From an uncultured Candidatus Rokubacteria bacterium (GTDB taxonomy: Bacteria > Methylomirabilota > Methylomirabilia > Rokubacteriales > CSP1-6), in contig CAVXJS010000014.1 in assembly GCA_963762145.1 (NCBI GenBank), positions 352,001-416,000 on the forward strand: a DNA stretch of 64,000 nucleotides, written 5' to 3'. Made by a program: the position numbers and the translations under genes. Of the stretch, positions 1 to 9,060 are shown one piece after another; the first letter of the stretch is position 1; every line of letters begins with the position of its first letter. The notes beneath the pieces were generated by a model. It saw only the letters and a list, made by a program, of their open reading frames with translations, was not told the DNA's origin and did not search any database.

Positions 1-956
1 AGCATCGGCACGAAGAACGACAGCGAGGTCACGAAGAGGCAGTAGCCGAGGAGCACCCACCGCCACGGGCCGAGTCGGACCATCCGGCGCTCGCCGCCCT
101 TGCCGGTCAGGGCCACGAACCCCTTCCGGGCGATGATCCGGTACTGCAGCCAGAACAGCCCGACCGTGATCAGGAGCAGTGGCATCGCGTAGGCCGCGGC
201 CACCTGCAGGCGCGGCGGGAACTCGAACATCTGCCAGAGCATCGTGGTCATGACCTGGAAGCGCGCGGGGAGGGCGATGAGGGCGGGGGTGCCGAAGAGC
301 GCGATCGCCTCGAGGAACTCCACGATGAAGGCGCCCATGATCGCGGGCAGCGCGAGCGGCAGGGTGACCCGCAGCGTGGTGCGGAGCGCGGAGGCGCCGA
401 GGGTGCTCGCCGCGTCCTCCATCTCCGAGGAGATCAGGTCGAGGGCGGAGCGCGTGAACACGAACATGTAGGGGAAGGAGTAGCAGGCGATGACGAGCAC
501 GAGCCCGGACATGGAGTAGATGTTGAACGGGCCGGCCGCGGCCCCGGTGAGCCCGGTGTAGATGCGGTTGAGCCAGCCCGCGTTGGGCCCGGCCATGAGG
601 ATCCACGCCACCGCGCCCAGGTAGTTCGGCATGATGAACGTACCGAGCACCGCGGCCCACACCAGGCCCTTGCCGGGCATGTCGGTGCGGGACACCGCCC
701 ACGCCATGGGCACCCCGAAGACGAGGCAGAGCGTCGCCGCGGCCAGGCCGACGACGAGCGAGTTGATCAGGGCTTCGATGTTGCGCCAGCGCCCGTAGGC
801 CGCCGCGTAGTTCTGGAGCGTGAAGGCGCCGGTCTCCGGATGCTCGAAGCTCGCCCACAGGAGGCGGGCGAGCGGGTTGACCACGAGCAGCAGCAGCAGC
901 GCGATCAGCAGCAGCCAGACGACGAGCGACCTGTCGAAGGACCGGTCAGATGCCAA
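1..956 (-). CDS. ABC transporter permease (Fe3+/thiamine/polyamine-type, FbpB-like), runs off the window edge
   Basis: Hand translation from a probable TTG at 956: MASDRSFDRSLVVWLLLIA..., many hydrophobic helices and an EAA loop (SSEMEDAASTLGASALRTTLRVTLP). Directly follows the binding-protein gene. Confidence 0.85.
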   Translation of the reverse strand, partial: MASDRSFDRSLVVWLLLIALLLLLVVNPLARLLWASFEHPETGAFTLQNYAAAYGRWRNIEALINSLVVGLAAATLCLVFGVPMAWAVSRTDMPGKGLVWAAVLGTFIMPNYLGAVAWILMAGPNAGWLNRIYTGLTGAAAGPFNIYSMSGLVLVIACYSFPYMFVFTRSALDLISSEMEDAASTLGASALRTTLRVTLPLALPAIMGAFIVEFLEAIALFGTPALIALPARFQVMTTMLWQMFEFPPRLQVAAAYAMPLLLITVGLFWLQYRIIARKGFVALTGKGGERRMVRLGPWRWVLLGYCLFVTSLSFFVPM

Positions 957-1995
957 AGGTCTCGCGGAAGAGCTCCTTGACCTCGGGGATGCCCTTCTCG
1001 ATCTCGACGGGGGTCGGCCGGATCGTCTTGATCTCCGCGATCGACTTGCCGCCCGCCATCGGCTTCACGTTCTTGTTCACCGGGTCCTGGTGCTGCTCCA
1101 CCATCACCTGGTTGCCGTCGCGGCCCAGCAGGTACTCCATGAAGAGCTTGGCCGCGTTGGGGGCGGGGGCGTTCTTGAGGATGCCGGAGGCCGAGACCAT
1201 CAGGACCGCCCCGTCTTCCGGATAGACCACCGCGAGCGGGTTGCCCTTGGCCTTGCTCTCCAGCGTGGTCGCCGACGGCCCCGCCGCCACGATGGACTCC
1301 TTCGCGTTCAGCATCGTCACGGTGTCGTTGATCGAGCGGCCGATGCGCGGCTTGTTCAGCTCGAGCTTCTTGAAATAGTCCCAGCCGTAGAGCTTCTTCA
1401 TCTGGACGACCCAGGTGCCCACGTAGCCGCTGAAGCCGGGATGACCGATCGAGACCTTGTTCTTCCACTTGGGGTCGGCGAGGTCGGTCCACTTCTTGGG
1501 GGCCTCCGAGGCCGAGACCACGCTGGTGTTGTAGGTGATCAGCACCAGGCCCGCCGCGGTCGCGATGAAGAGGTCCTCCGGATCGTTGAATGAGCGGAAC
1601 GCGTCCACCAGCTCGGGCAGGTTCTTGGGCTTGTAGGGCTGGAGCCACCCGTCCTGCTTCATCTTGGTGTAGTGGCTCTGGTCGGTGGAGCTGATCATGG
1701 AGGCCTGGGCGATGCCCGCCTTCTGGTCCTGGGCGAGCCGCTGGTAGGCCACCTGGGCGGTGGTGCGGATGTAGTTGCACTTCACGCCGGGGTACTTCTT
1801 CTCGAAGCCCTGGCAGAGTGCGGCCGCGGTCTCCGAGTTGTAGTGCGCGGTGTACCAGGTGAACTCCTTCTCCTTCTTGGCCGCCTCGTGGAGCGCCTTC
1901 TCGCCGTCGAAGGCCGCGGCGGCCCCGGCGGTGCCCAGGCCGAGCGCGACCGTCAAGGCGAGAGCTGCCAGCAGAGATCTCCGGATGGCCGTCAT
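946..1995 (-). CDS. ABC transporter extracellular solute-binding protein (Fe3+/AfuA-like family)
   Basis: C-terminal part of ORF 946..2319. ATG at 1995 gives signal peptide MTAIRRSLLAALALTVALGLGTAGAAAA; motifs APKKWTDLADPKWK and APAPNAAKLFMEYLL. Confidence 0.88.
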   Translation of the reverse strand: MTAIRRSLLAALALTVALGLGTAGAAAAFDGEKALHEAAKKEKEFTWYTAHYNSETAAALCQGFEKKYPGVKCNYIRTTAQVAYQRLAQDQKAGIAQASMISSTDQSHYTKMKQDGWLQPYKPKNLPELVDAFRSFNDPEDLFIATAAGLVLITYNTSVVSASEAPKKWTDLADPKWKNKVSIGHPGFSGYVGTWVVQMKKLYGWDYFKKLELNKPRIGRSINDTVTMLNAKESIVAAGPSATTLESKAKGNPLAVVYPEDGAVLMVSASGILKNAPAPNAAKLFMEYLLGRDGNQVMVEQHQDPVNKNVKPMAGGKSIAEIKTIRPTPVEIEKGIPEVKELFRETFGI

Positions 1996-2534
1996 GCGTC
2001 GTACCCCCCTTCGAGGACCGCGTGGCTGCGGGGACCCATCGGCGCCACGCCGAAGGTCCGGTGAAGCCGCCCGAGCATGATGAAGGCGCCGGTGATCAGC
2101 CCCAGCTCCACCAGCTCGCCGTCGGTGAAATGCGTGCGCATCTCCTTCATGAACGTGTCGTCGATCGCGGTGTGGTTCGCGGCGAGCTTCTGAGCGAAAT
2201 CCAGCGCGGCCCGCTCTCGCTCGGTCGGCTCCGTCTCCCCGCGGAGCTTCGGCAGCAGCTCGCGGTACAGTCCCGGCGCCCTCTCCGAGGGCTCGCGCGC
2301 GGTCGCTCAGCGCGCGCATTCGTTGAGCCCGGCGATCTTGAGCCGCACCAGCTCCTTCAGCGCGAAGGGAAGCCGCCCGCCGTACTTCGTGGGCCGGTAG
2401 AAGCGCAGGAAGGCCGCGAAGAGCTCGGGGCAGTGGCCGTAGATCCCGTACATCTCGTCGCCGGAGGCCTCCGCCATGCGGCGCAGCTCGGGATCGGCGA
2501 TCGCGTCGGGCGGCAGGACCTCGAGGCGGGCCAT
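1992..2534 (-). CDS. AhpD/carboxymuconolactone-decarboxylase-like protein, probable selenoprotein (CxxU), 180 aa
   Basis: ORF 2307..2534 ends ...LKELVRLKIAGLNECAR-TGA. The same frame stays open and CMD-like (ERERAALDFAQKLAANHTAIDDTFMKEMRTHFTDGELVELGLITGAFIMLGRLHRTF) to a TGA at 1992-1994 that overlaps the next ATG. The TGA replaces the second Cys of the AhpD CxxC motif. Confidence 0.85.
2278..2292 (-). promoter_or_regulatory. Candidate bacterial SECIS hairpin for the AhpD-like gene
   Basis: mRNA GCCCUC-GGA-GAGGGC, a 6-bp perfect stem with loop at +21..+23 after the UGA at 2307-2309. Confidence 0.6.
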
Positions 2535-2537
2535 CGG

Positions 2538-3365
2538 CTAGCGCCCGGTGAAGCGGGGCGCGCGCTTTTCCACGAAGTGGGCCACGCCCTCCTTGAAGTC
2601 CTCGCTGGTGAAGCTCTTCCGCATCTCTTCCTCGCCCACCGCGGTGGCTTCCGCCAGGCTCTGGAACTGCGCCTCCCAGATCTGGCGCTTCATGACCCGG
2701 AGCGAGCGGGGCGACACCAGGTCGGCCAGCTCGCGCGCGAAGGCCCGCACGTCCTCCTGGAGGGTGACGGCCGGCTTCACCTGGGAGACGAGGCCCATCG
2801 CGAGCGCCTCCGCCGCGGTGATCTTGCGCGCGGAGAGCAGCAGGTCGAGGCCGTGCTGCAGGCCCACCAGGCGGGGCAGCATCCAGCTCACCCCGTGCTC
2901 GGCGATGAGGCCGCGGCGCGAGAACGCGGTGGTGAAGACCGCGGTGTCGGCCGCGATGCGCAGATCGCAGTAGAGCGAGACCACGAGGCCGAGCCCGGCG
3001 GTCGCCCCGTTCAGCGCCGCGATGATCGGCTTGGGCACCGTCGGGAAGTAGGCGTAGGGGCCGCGGAAGTCCGGGCGCACCGCCGGGTCGCCGGCGGATT
3101 CACGCGCGGCCGCGGCTTCGCCGGGCTCCTGCCGACCCGTGCCCACGATCCCGGAGAGCAGCTGCATGTCCGCGCCCGCGCAGAACCCGCGGCCGGCGCC
3201 GGTCAGCACGATCACGCGCACCGCCTCGTCGCGCGCCGCCTCGTCCATGGCCTGCCGCACCTCGCGCCCCATCACCGCGGTCCATGCGTTCAGCTTGTCG
3301 GGCCGGTTCAGGGTGACGGTGGCGACGCGGTCCTTCACCTCGTACAGGATCTGCTCGTAGCCCAT
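2538..3365 (-). CDS. Enoyl-CoA hydratase/isomerase (crotonase) family protein
   Basis: TLNRPDKLNA, GAGRGFCAGADM, KPIIAALNG and EDFKEGVAHFVEKRAPRFTGR motifs. Confidence 0.95.
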   Translation of the reverse strand: MGYEQILYEVKDRVATVTLNRPDKLNAWTAVMGREVRQAMDEAARDEAVRVIVLTGAGRGFCAGADMQLLSGIVGTGRQEPGEAAAARESAGDPAVRPDFRGPYAYFPTVPKPIIAALNGATAGLGLVVSLYCDLRIAADTAVFTTAFSRRGLIAEHGVSWMLPRLVGLQHGLDLLLSARKITAAEALAMGLVSQVKPAVTLQEDVRAFARELADLVSPRSLRVMKRQIWEAQFQSLAEATAVGEEEMRKSFTSEDFKEGVAHFVEKRAPRFTGR

Positions 3366-3409
3366 GGTGAGCGCTCCCCCCGCGTGACGTGCCCCGCATG
3401 ATAGCCCAC

Positions 3410-3506
3410 GGGGTCAGGTCTTGAAATACGACATTTCGCGGCGGGGTCAGGTCTTACATTCCGACATTTCGACGCAGCGCGATGTCGTATTTCAAGACCT
3501 GACCCC
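3410..3506. repeat. Cluster of three REP-like 28-bp units (two direct, one inverted)
   Basis: GGGGTCAGGTCTTGAAATACGACATTTC 3410-3437; GGGGTCAGGTCTTACATTCCGACATTTC 3443-3470; reverse complement 3481-3506 overlapping the MFS stop codon. Confidence 0.9.
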
Positions 3507-4733
3507 AGATTCGCGGTCGATGGCGGGGCCCGCCAGGAGGGAGACGATCGCGACGAGGCCGGAGAGGACGGCGAAGACCGCCCAGGCGACCGCGTAGGAG
3601 TCGAAGCCCTCGAGGAGAAGGCCGAAGACGGGCGGGCCGACCAGGAGCCCCAGCACGATGGCGGCGAAGGCCACGCCGCTCAGGAGTCCGGCCTGGCTCC
3701 GGCCGCCGGCCTCCACGCTGATCACGAAGAAGATGCCGACCCAGCCGTAGGCGCCGACCCCGGTGGCGAAGGCGAGCGCGCCCGCCAGGCCGGCCGAGGA
3801 GGCGGGCCAGATCGCGTAGACCGCGAAGATGACCGCGCCCACCGCGCCGGTGAACGCGAGCCAGAGCGAGCGCCGCCCGGCGGCCCACCGATCGCTCGCC
3901 GCGCCCAGCACGAGGCGCGAGACCGCGCCGCCGGCCTGCGAGGCGGCCACGAGCAGGCCGGCGCCGATCTTGTCGAAGCCGAGCGCCTGGATCGTGAAGA
4001 GGGGCAGGTAGCTCAGCACCGCGCCCTGGACCATGCCGAGCCCCAGCCCGGTGGCGAAGAAGATGACCAGCGCGGGTCGCCGCGCCCACCACCAGCTCGA
4101 CACCGCGTCGCCCGGCCCGGCGATGGTGGCCGCGCCCCGCGCGCCCGCGTTGAAGGCGGCGAGCGGCCGCCAGCCGAGCGCGACCGGCACCGCCACGATC
4201 ACCGAGCACGCGCCGACCGCGTAGCGCCATCCCAGCGTGGCCGCGATCGCGGGCAGGGCGAGGGCCGCGACCAGACCGCCCAGCGTGAGCCCCATCTGCT
4301 TGACGCCCATCGCGATGCCGCGCTCGCTCACCGGGAAGACGTCCATGATGGCCTTGCCCAGCGCCGGGTTGACGACGCTCCACCCGCTGCCCGCCACGAA
4401 CAGACAGAAGAGGAAGGCGAGGAAGCCGGGCGCGAGCGCGGCCGCGAGCAATCCGACCGCGGCCACCGCGAGGCCGCCCAGGAACGACGGGCGCACCCCG
4501 AGGCGATCGGCGAGGCGGCCCCCGGGCAGCGAGAAGACGAGCCCGGAGAGATAGATGGACGGGACCAGGAAGGCGACCTGGAATCGGGTGAGCCCGAGCC
4601 CCTCCACGAGGCTCGGCGACAGCGGCGAGATGCCGAGCATGCCGAAGGCACCCGCGCCATAGGACACGGTGAGGATCGTCAGCAGGCGCCAGCGCCCCGT
4701 CGGCGCCGTCGGCGCGGGAGCGGTCTCGCTCAC
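3492..4733 (-). CDS. MFS transporter
   Basis: C-terminal part of ORF 3492..7937 from GTG 4733. About 12 hydrophobic segments, MFS motif A (GRLADRLGVR). Ends GVRS-stop inside the repeat. Confidence 0.9.
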   Translation of the reverse strand: MSETAPAPTAPTGRWRLLTILTVSYGAGAFGMLGISPLSPSLVEGLGLTRFQVAFLVPSIYLSGLVFSLPGGRLADRLGVRPSFLGGLAVAAVGLLAAALAPGFLAFLFCLFVAGSGWSVVNPALGKAIMDVFPVSERGIAMGVKQMGLTLGGLVAALALPAIAATLGWRYAVGACSVIVAVPVALGWRPLAAFNAGARGAATIAGPGDAVSSWWWARRPALVIFFATGLGLGMVQGAVLSYLPLFTIQALGFDKIGAGLLVAASQAGGAVSRLVLGAASDRWAAGRRSLWLAFTGAVGAVIFAVYAIWPASSAGLAGALAFATGVGAYGWVGIFFVISVEAGGRSQAGLLSGVAFAAIVLGLLVGPPVFGLLLEGFDSYAVAWAVFAVLSGLVAIVSLLAGPAIDRESGVRS

Positions 4734-7121
4734 TTGAGCCAGCGCCAGACTTGCTCCGGCGTGATCGGCAGCGAGCGGACCACCACGCCCAGGTGCGCGA
4801 GCGCGTCCTCCACCGCGTTCGCGACCGCGGCGGGGCCCGGGATCGCGCCGCCCTCGCCCACGCCCTTGGCGCCGAGCGGGGTGACCGGCGAGGGATGCTC
4901 GAGCCGGTCCACGTCGATGAGCGGCACGTCCACCGCGGTGGGCTTGAGATAGTCCATGAACGTCGAGGTGAGGAGCTGTCCCTGCGCGTCGTAGCGAAAC
5001 TCCTCGAGCAGCGCGGCGCCGATGCCGTGCGCGGTCGCGCCGTGCACCATGCCCTCGACGATCAGCGGGTTGAGCTCGCGGCCGCAGTCGTGCACCACCA
5101 GGTAGTCGAGGATCTTGACGAGCCCGGTGCGCGGATCCACCTCGACGAGGCAGCAGTGCGCCGCGTTGGAGAAGACGAGCTGGGAGCGCACGCGGCGCTC
5201 GCCATCGATCGGCTGCGCGAGCGGGTTCTGATGCGCGTGGCGGGCCTCGAGCCCCGGCTCCTCGCCGGGCGGCAGCCCGAGCACGTCGGCGTAGGCGGTG
5301 CGCGCCAGCTCCGCGAAGCCGAGCCGCCGGTCCGGCGCGCCGCGCACCGCGACCGCGCCGCCCCCCAGCTCGAGATCGGCGACCGCGGCCTCCAGGCGGT
5401 GCGCGGCGATGCGCAGCAGCTTGGCCCGCACGCGCGCGGCCGCGCCCACCACCGCGCCCACGTCGGTGACCGAGAACTTGTTGGAGTAGTTGCCGGAGAG
5501 GTAGAGCCAGGGCGTGGTCGCCGAGTCGAAGCCGCGGGCCACCGTGATCGCGTCGGGGGCGAGGCCGAGCTCGTCGGCCACGATCTGGGCGAGGACCGTC
5601 TCGTAGCCCTGGCCGCTCGGCGGATCGCCCAGGGATACCCGCACCTGGCCGTCGGGCTCCACGCGCACCATCGCCGCCTCCGCCGAGCCCGACGCGGCGC
5701 GCCGGCCGGTGACGATCTCGTAGGAGGCGAGGTTGGTGCCGGCCGGCTCTACCGAGGTGGCGATGCCGATACCGAGCAGCCGGCCCTCGCCGCGCGCGGC
5801 CGCCTGCTCGGCCCGGCGCCGCGGGTAGTCGAACCGCTCGACCGCGCGCCGCAAGGTCGCGGGGTAGTCGCCGCTGTCGTATCGGGCGCCCGGCGGTGTC
5901 GTGTAGGGCATCTGCTCGGCGGTCACGTAGTTGCGCTGCCGCAGCTCGGCCGGGTCCAGGCCGAGGCGCCGCGCCAGCAGCGCCATCGCGCGCTCGATCG
6001 CGAAGCACATGAACGGCTTGCCGATGCCGCGATTGGCCCCGCTCGGGCACTTGTTGGTCAGCACCGACCAGGCCTCGTAGCGCACCGCGGGGATCCGGTA
6101 GCCGTTGACGATGTTGCCGAGCTTGATCAGGTTGTGCTGGGTCGGGGTGATGAGGTTCTTGCCCTCGTCCGCGACGTCGCGCACCGCGAGGGCCAGCACG
6201 GTGCCGTCGTCCCGGTAGCCCAGCTCCACGTCCATGATCCCGTTGCACGCGTGCATCAGCGCGGTGAGGTTCTCGATCCGGTCCTCGATCCACTTCACGG
6301 GGCGGCCGGTCGCGCGCGCGAGCAGCGCGCAGATCAGCAGGTAGGCGGGGCGGCGCTTGTTGCCGAAGCCGCCGCCGATGTCGGGGCAGGCGAGCCGGAC
6401 CCGCGCCTGCGGCACGCCGAGCGAGGCGGCCAGCACCGAGATGGTGAGGCCCGGACGCTGGTCGTTGGTCCAGAACTCGTACCCGTCGGTGCCCGCGTCG
6501 TACTCCGCGATGCAGCCGAAGGTCTCGAGCGGGGTCGAGGCGTAGCGCTGGATCGTGAATCGCTCGCGCAGCACGCCGTCCGCGCGCGCCATCGCCTCGT
6601 CGACCGGGCCGTAGGTGAGCGTGTCGTGCCAGATCACGTTGGTGCCGAGCTGCGGGTAGAGGAGCGGCGCGCCGGGCGCGATGGCGGCTTCGGGATCCAC
6701 CACCGCCGGCAGCGGCTCGTACTCGACGCGGATCCGCTCGAGCGCGTCCTCCGCGGTCGCGCGGTCGACCGCAGCCACCGCGGCCACCGGCTCGCCCGCG
6801 TAGCGCGCGCGATCGACCGCCAGGCAGTGAGTCGGGCACCGCCGCGGTGGTGGGGATGAGCGGACGGATGGGGCCGGAGCGCGCGGCCGCCTCGGCGCCG
6901 GTCAGGACCGCGAAGACGCCGGGCATCGCCTCCGCCTCGCGCGTGTCGATCGCGACGATGCGCGCGTGGGCGTGCGGGCTGCGCAGCATGGCCGCGTGGA
7001 GCATCCGCGCGCGGCCGAGATCGTCCACGAAGCGGCCGCGCCCGGCGACGAGGCGCGCGTCCTCCTTGAGCGGCAGCGGCCGCCCGACCCAGCCCGCGCC
7101 CGGCGCCGTCTCGTGGCTCAC
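4730..7121 (-). CDS. Xanthine dehydrogenase/CoxL-family molybdopterin-binding large subunit (one frameshift near 6820)
   Basis: N-terminus VGRPLPLKEDARLVAGRGRFVDD...LRSPHAHARI in one frame, remainder in ORF 4730..6787 (GGGFGNK, GQGYET, AKGVGEGG). Active-site loop reads ANRGIGK. Confidence 0.9.
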
Positions 7122-7615
7122 GCGCGCGTTCCCGCCGCGCGCGCGGCGACCGCCTGCTCGACCGCGCGCACGATGTTGACGTAGCCGGTGCACATGCAGA
7201 GGTTGCCGGAGATCGCCTCGCGGAGGGCCTCGGTCGAGGGCGCGGGCTCCCGGGCCAGCAGCTCGGTGGTGGTCACGATCATGCCCGGCGTGCAGAAGCC
7301 GCACTGCATGGCGTGGCAGACGCGGAAGGACTCCTGGAGCGGGCTCAGGCCGTCGGGCGGCGTGAGGCCTTCGATCGTGGTCACCGCGCGGCCGTCGAGC
7401 TGCGCCGCGAAGAGCAGGCAGCTCCGCGCGCTCCGGCCGTCCACCAGCACCGTGCAGGCGCCGCAGACGCCGTGCTCGCAGCCCACGTGGGTGCCGGTGA
7501 GGCCGAGATCCTCCCGGAGGAAGTCGGCCAGCGAGCGGCGCGCCTCGACCACCTGCTCCACCGGGCGGCCGTTGACGGTGAAGCGCACCGCGATGCGCTC
7601 TCCCGGCGCGGTCAT
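7118..7615 (-). CDS. (2Fe-2S)-binding small subunit, CoxS-like
   Basis: GCEHGVCGACTV, QCGFCTPG and NLCMCTGY motifs; ATG at 7615. Confidence 0.95.
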   Translation of the reverse strand: MTAPGERIAVRFTVNGRPVEQVVEARRSLADFLREDLGLTGTHVGCEHGVCGACTVLVDGRSARSCLLFAAQLDGRAVTTIEGLTPPDGLSPLQESFRVCHAMQCGFCTPGMIVTTTELLAREPAPSTEALREAISGNLCMCTGYVNIVRAVEQAVAARAAGTRA

Positions 7616-8511
7616 CGCGCTCGTCCCGGAAGGCGCGCGGCGGCCTGGAGCAGGGCCCGCTCGGTGAGCACGGCGGCCAGATGCCGGCGATAGTCCGCCG
7701 AGCCGTGGACGTCGCTCGGCGGATCGCAGTCGGCGCCCGCCGCGGCGCCGGCGCGGGCCGCGCGGGCGGCGTCGAGGGGCGCGCCGGCCAGCAGCCGTTC
7801 CGCGCCGCTGAGCCGGACCGGCCGATCCCCGACGCCGAACCCCACCAGCCGCACCTCCCCCTCTCCCCCGCGAGGGGGAGAGGGCAGGGTGAGGGGACGG
7901 CGGTCGCGCAGGACGGCCACGACCCCGGCCAGCGCAAAGTCCCCGGGCCGCCGCGCGATCTCCACGAACCCCCACCCCGGCGGCTGCACCGGGACGTCGA
8001 TCGCGGTCAGGATCTCGTCGGCCTCGAGCGCGGTGGTGAGCAGCCCACGGAAGAACGCGTCCGCCGCGATCTCGCGCGGGCCGCGTGGGCCCGTGATCCG
8101 GACGCGCGCGTCGAGCGCCAGGAGCGTCGCGGGCAGCTCCGCGGCCGGATCGGCGTGCGCGAGGCTGCCGCCGAGGGTGCCCTGGTTGCGGATCGCGGCG
8201 TGGCCCACGTGGCGCGCGGCCTCGGCGAGGAGGGGCGCGCGCTCGATCACGGCCGGCGAGGCCGCGAGCTCGGCGTGGCGCGTGAGGGCGCCGAGGCGGA
8301 GCCCGCCGTCCGCGGTGGGCGTGATGCCGGTCAGCTCGCTCACGCGGTTGACGTCCAGCAGCACCGCGGGCCGCACGAGGCGCATGTTCAGCATCGGGAC
8401 CAGGCTCTGGCCGCCCGCGAGGAGCTTGGTGTCGGCGGGCGCCTCTGCGAGGAGCGCGAGCGCCTCGCCGAGGCTCTCCGCGCGCGCGTAGCGGAACCGG
8501 GCCGGCTTCAT
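7612..8511 (-). CDS. FAD-binding medium subunit, CoxM-like
   Basis: MKPARFRY, LAGGQSLVPMLNMRL and IRNQGTLGGSLAHADPAAE motifs. Confidence 0.95.
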   Translation of the reverse strand: MKPARFRYARAESLGEALALLAEAPADTKLLAGGQSLVPMLNMRLVRPAVLLDVNRVSELTGITPTADGGLRLGALTRHAELAASPAVIERAPLLAEAARHVGHAAIRNQGTLGGSLAHADPAAELPATLLALDARVRITGPRGPREIAADAFFRGLLTTALEADEILTAIDVPVQPPGWGFVEIARRPGDFALAGVVAVLRDRRPLTLPSPPRGGEGEVRLVGFGVGDRPVRLSGAERLLAGAPLDAARAARAGAAAGADCDPPSDVHGSADYRRHLAAVLTERALLQAAARLPGRAR

Positions 8512-8561
8512 GTGCTACCTTCGGGGCCCGAGCCGTCAACCTTCACGCGTCGAGGAGCGTC

Positions 8562-8912
8562 ATGAAAATCCATCATCTCTTCGTGGACAAGCAGGGCGAG
8601 TCGCACTTCGAGGACATGGAGATCCCGTACATCGAGACCGGTCGCGCCGGAAAGCTCTCGGCGCGGCTCCCAGCGACCGGGATCATATTCCGGGAAGTTG
8701 CGCCCGACTACGATCTCGACTGGCACCCGGCGCCGCGGCGGCAGTACATCATCAACCTCGACGCGGGCGTGCAGATCACCGCGAGCGACGGCCAGTCGCG
8801 CAAGATCGGCGCCGGCGAGGTGATCCTGGTCGAGGACACCTGGGGCAAGGGTCACCTGTCGAAAGCTCTGGACGGCAAGCTGCGCCACTGCATCTTCGTC
8901 CCGATCGAGTAG
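8562..8912 (+). CDS. Small cupin-fold protein
   Basis: WHPAPRRQY...GEVILVEDTWGKGH; RBS GAGGAG upstream. Confidence 0.8.
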   Translation: MKIHHLFVDKQGESHFEDMEIPYIETGRAGKLSARLPATGIIFREVAPDYDLDWHPAPRRQYIINLDAGVQITASDGQSRKIGAGEVILVEDTWGKGHLSKALDGKLRHCIFVPIE

Positions 8913-9041
8913 CCGGGGGCCGATAAAGGCCCCATCTGCGGGAGTGCGGCGCCCTCGACCGCACGCTCAACGTACAGGGAGTACGCCTCGCGTGCGGTCT
9001 TCGGGCGCCGCCTCGCAGCTGGACCTTTCTCGGCCCCCGGC
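8912..9041. repeat. 130-bp long imperfect palindrome (MITE/REP-like element) between convergent genes
   Basis: 12-bp perfect terminal inverted repeat GCCGGGGGCCGA/TCGGCCCCCGGC with nested stems GCGGCGCCC/GGGCGCCGC, GACCGCACGC/GCGTGCGGTC and CGTAC/GTACG. Confidence 0.8.
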
Positions 9042-9060
9042 GGCTGCATTGGGCACAGGA

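Noticed and set aside
3410-3506. 28-bp repeats as a CRISPR array
   Set aside because: Spacers are only 5-10 bp here, orientations are mixed, copies are dispersed over 51 kb, and there are no cas genes.
3492-7937. 1481-aa ORF and similar giant ORFs (49417..52914, 17340..19355, 20954..23026) as multidomain fusions
   Set aside because: They are stop-poor GC-rich frames that run through several real genes or frameshifted pieces; only parts match protein families.
4730-8511. Aerobic CO dehydrogenase (coxMSL)
   Set aside because: Lacks the AYxCSFR Cu-binding motif and cox accessory genes.
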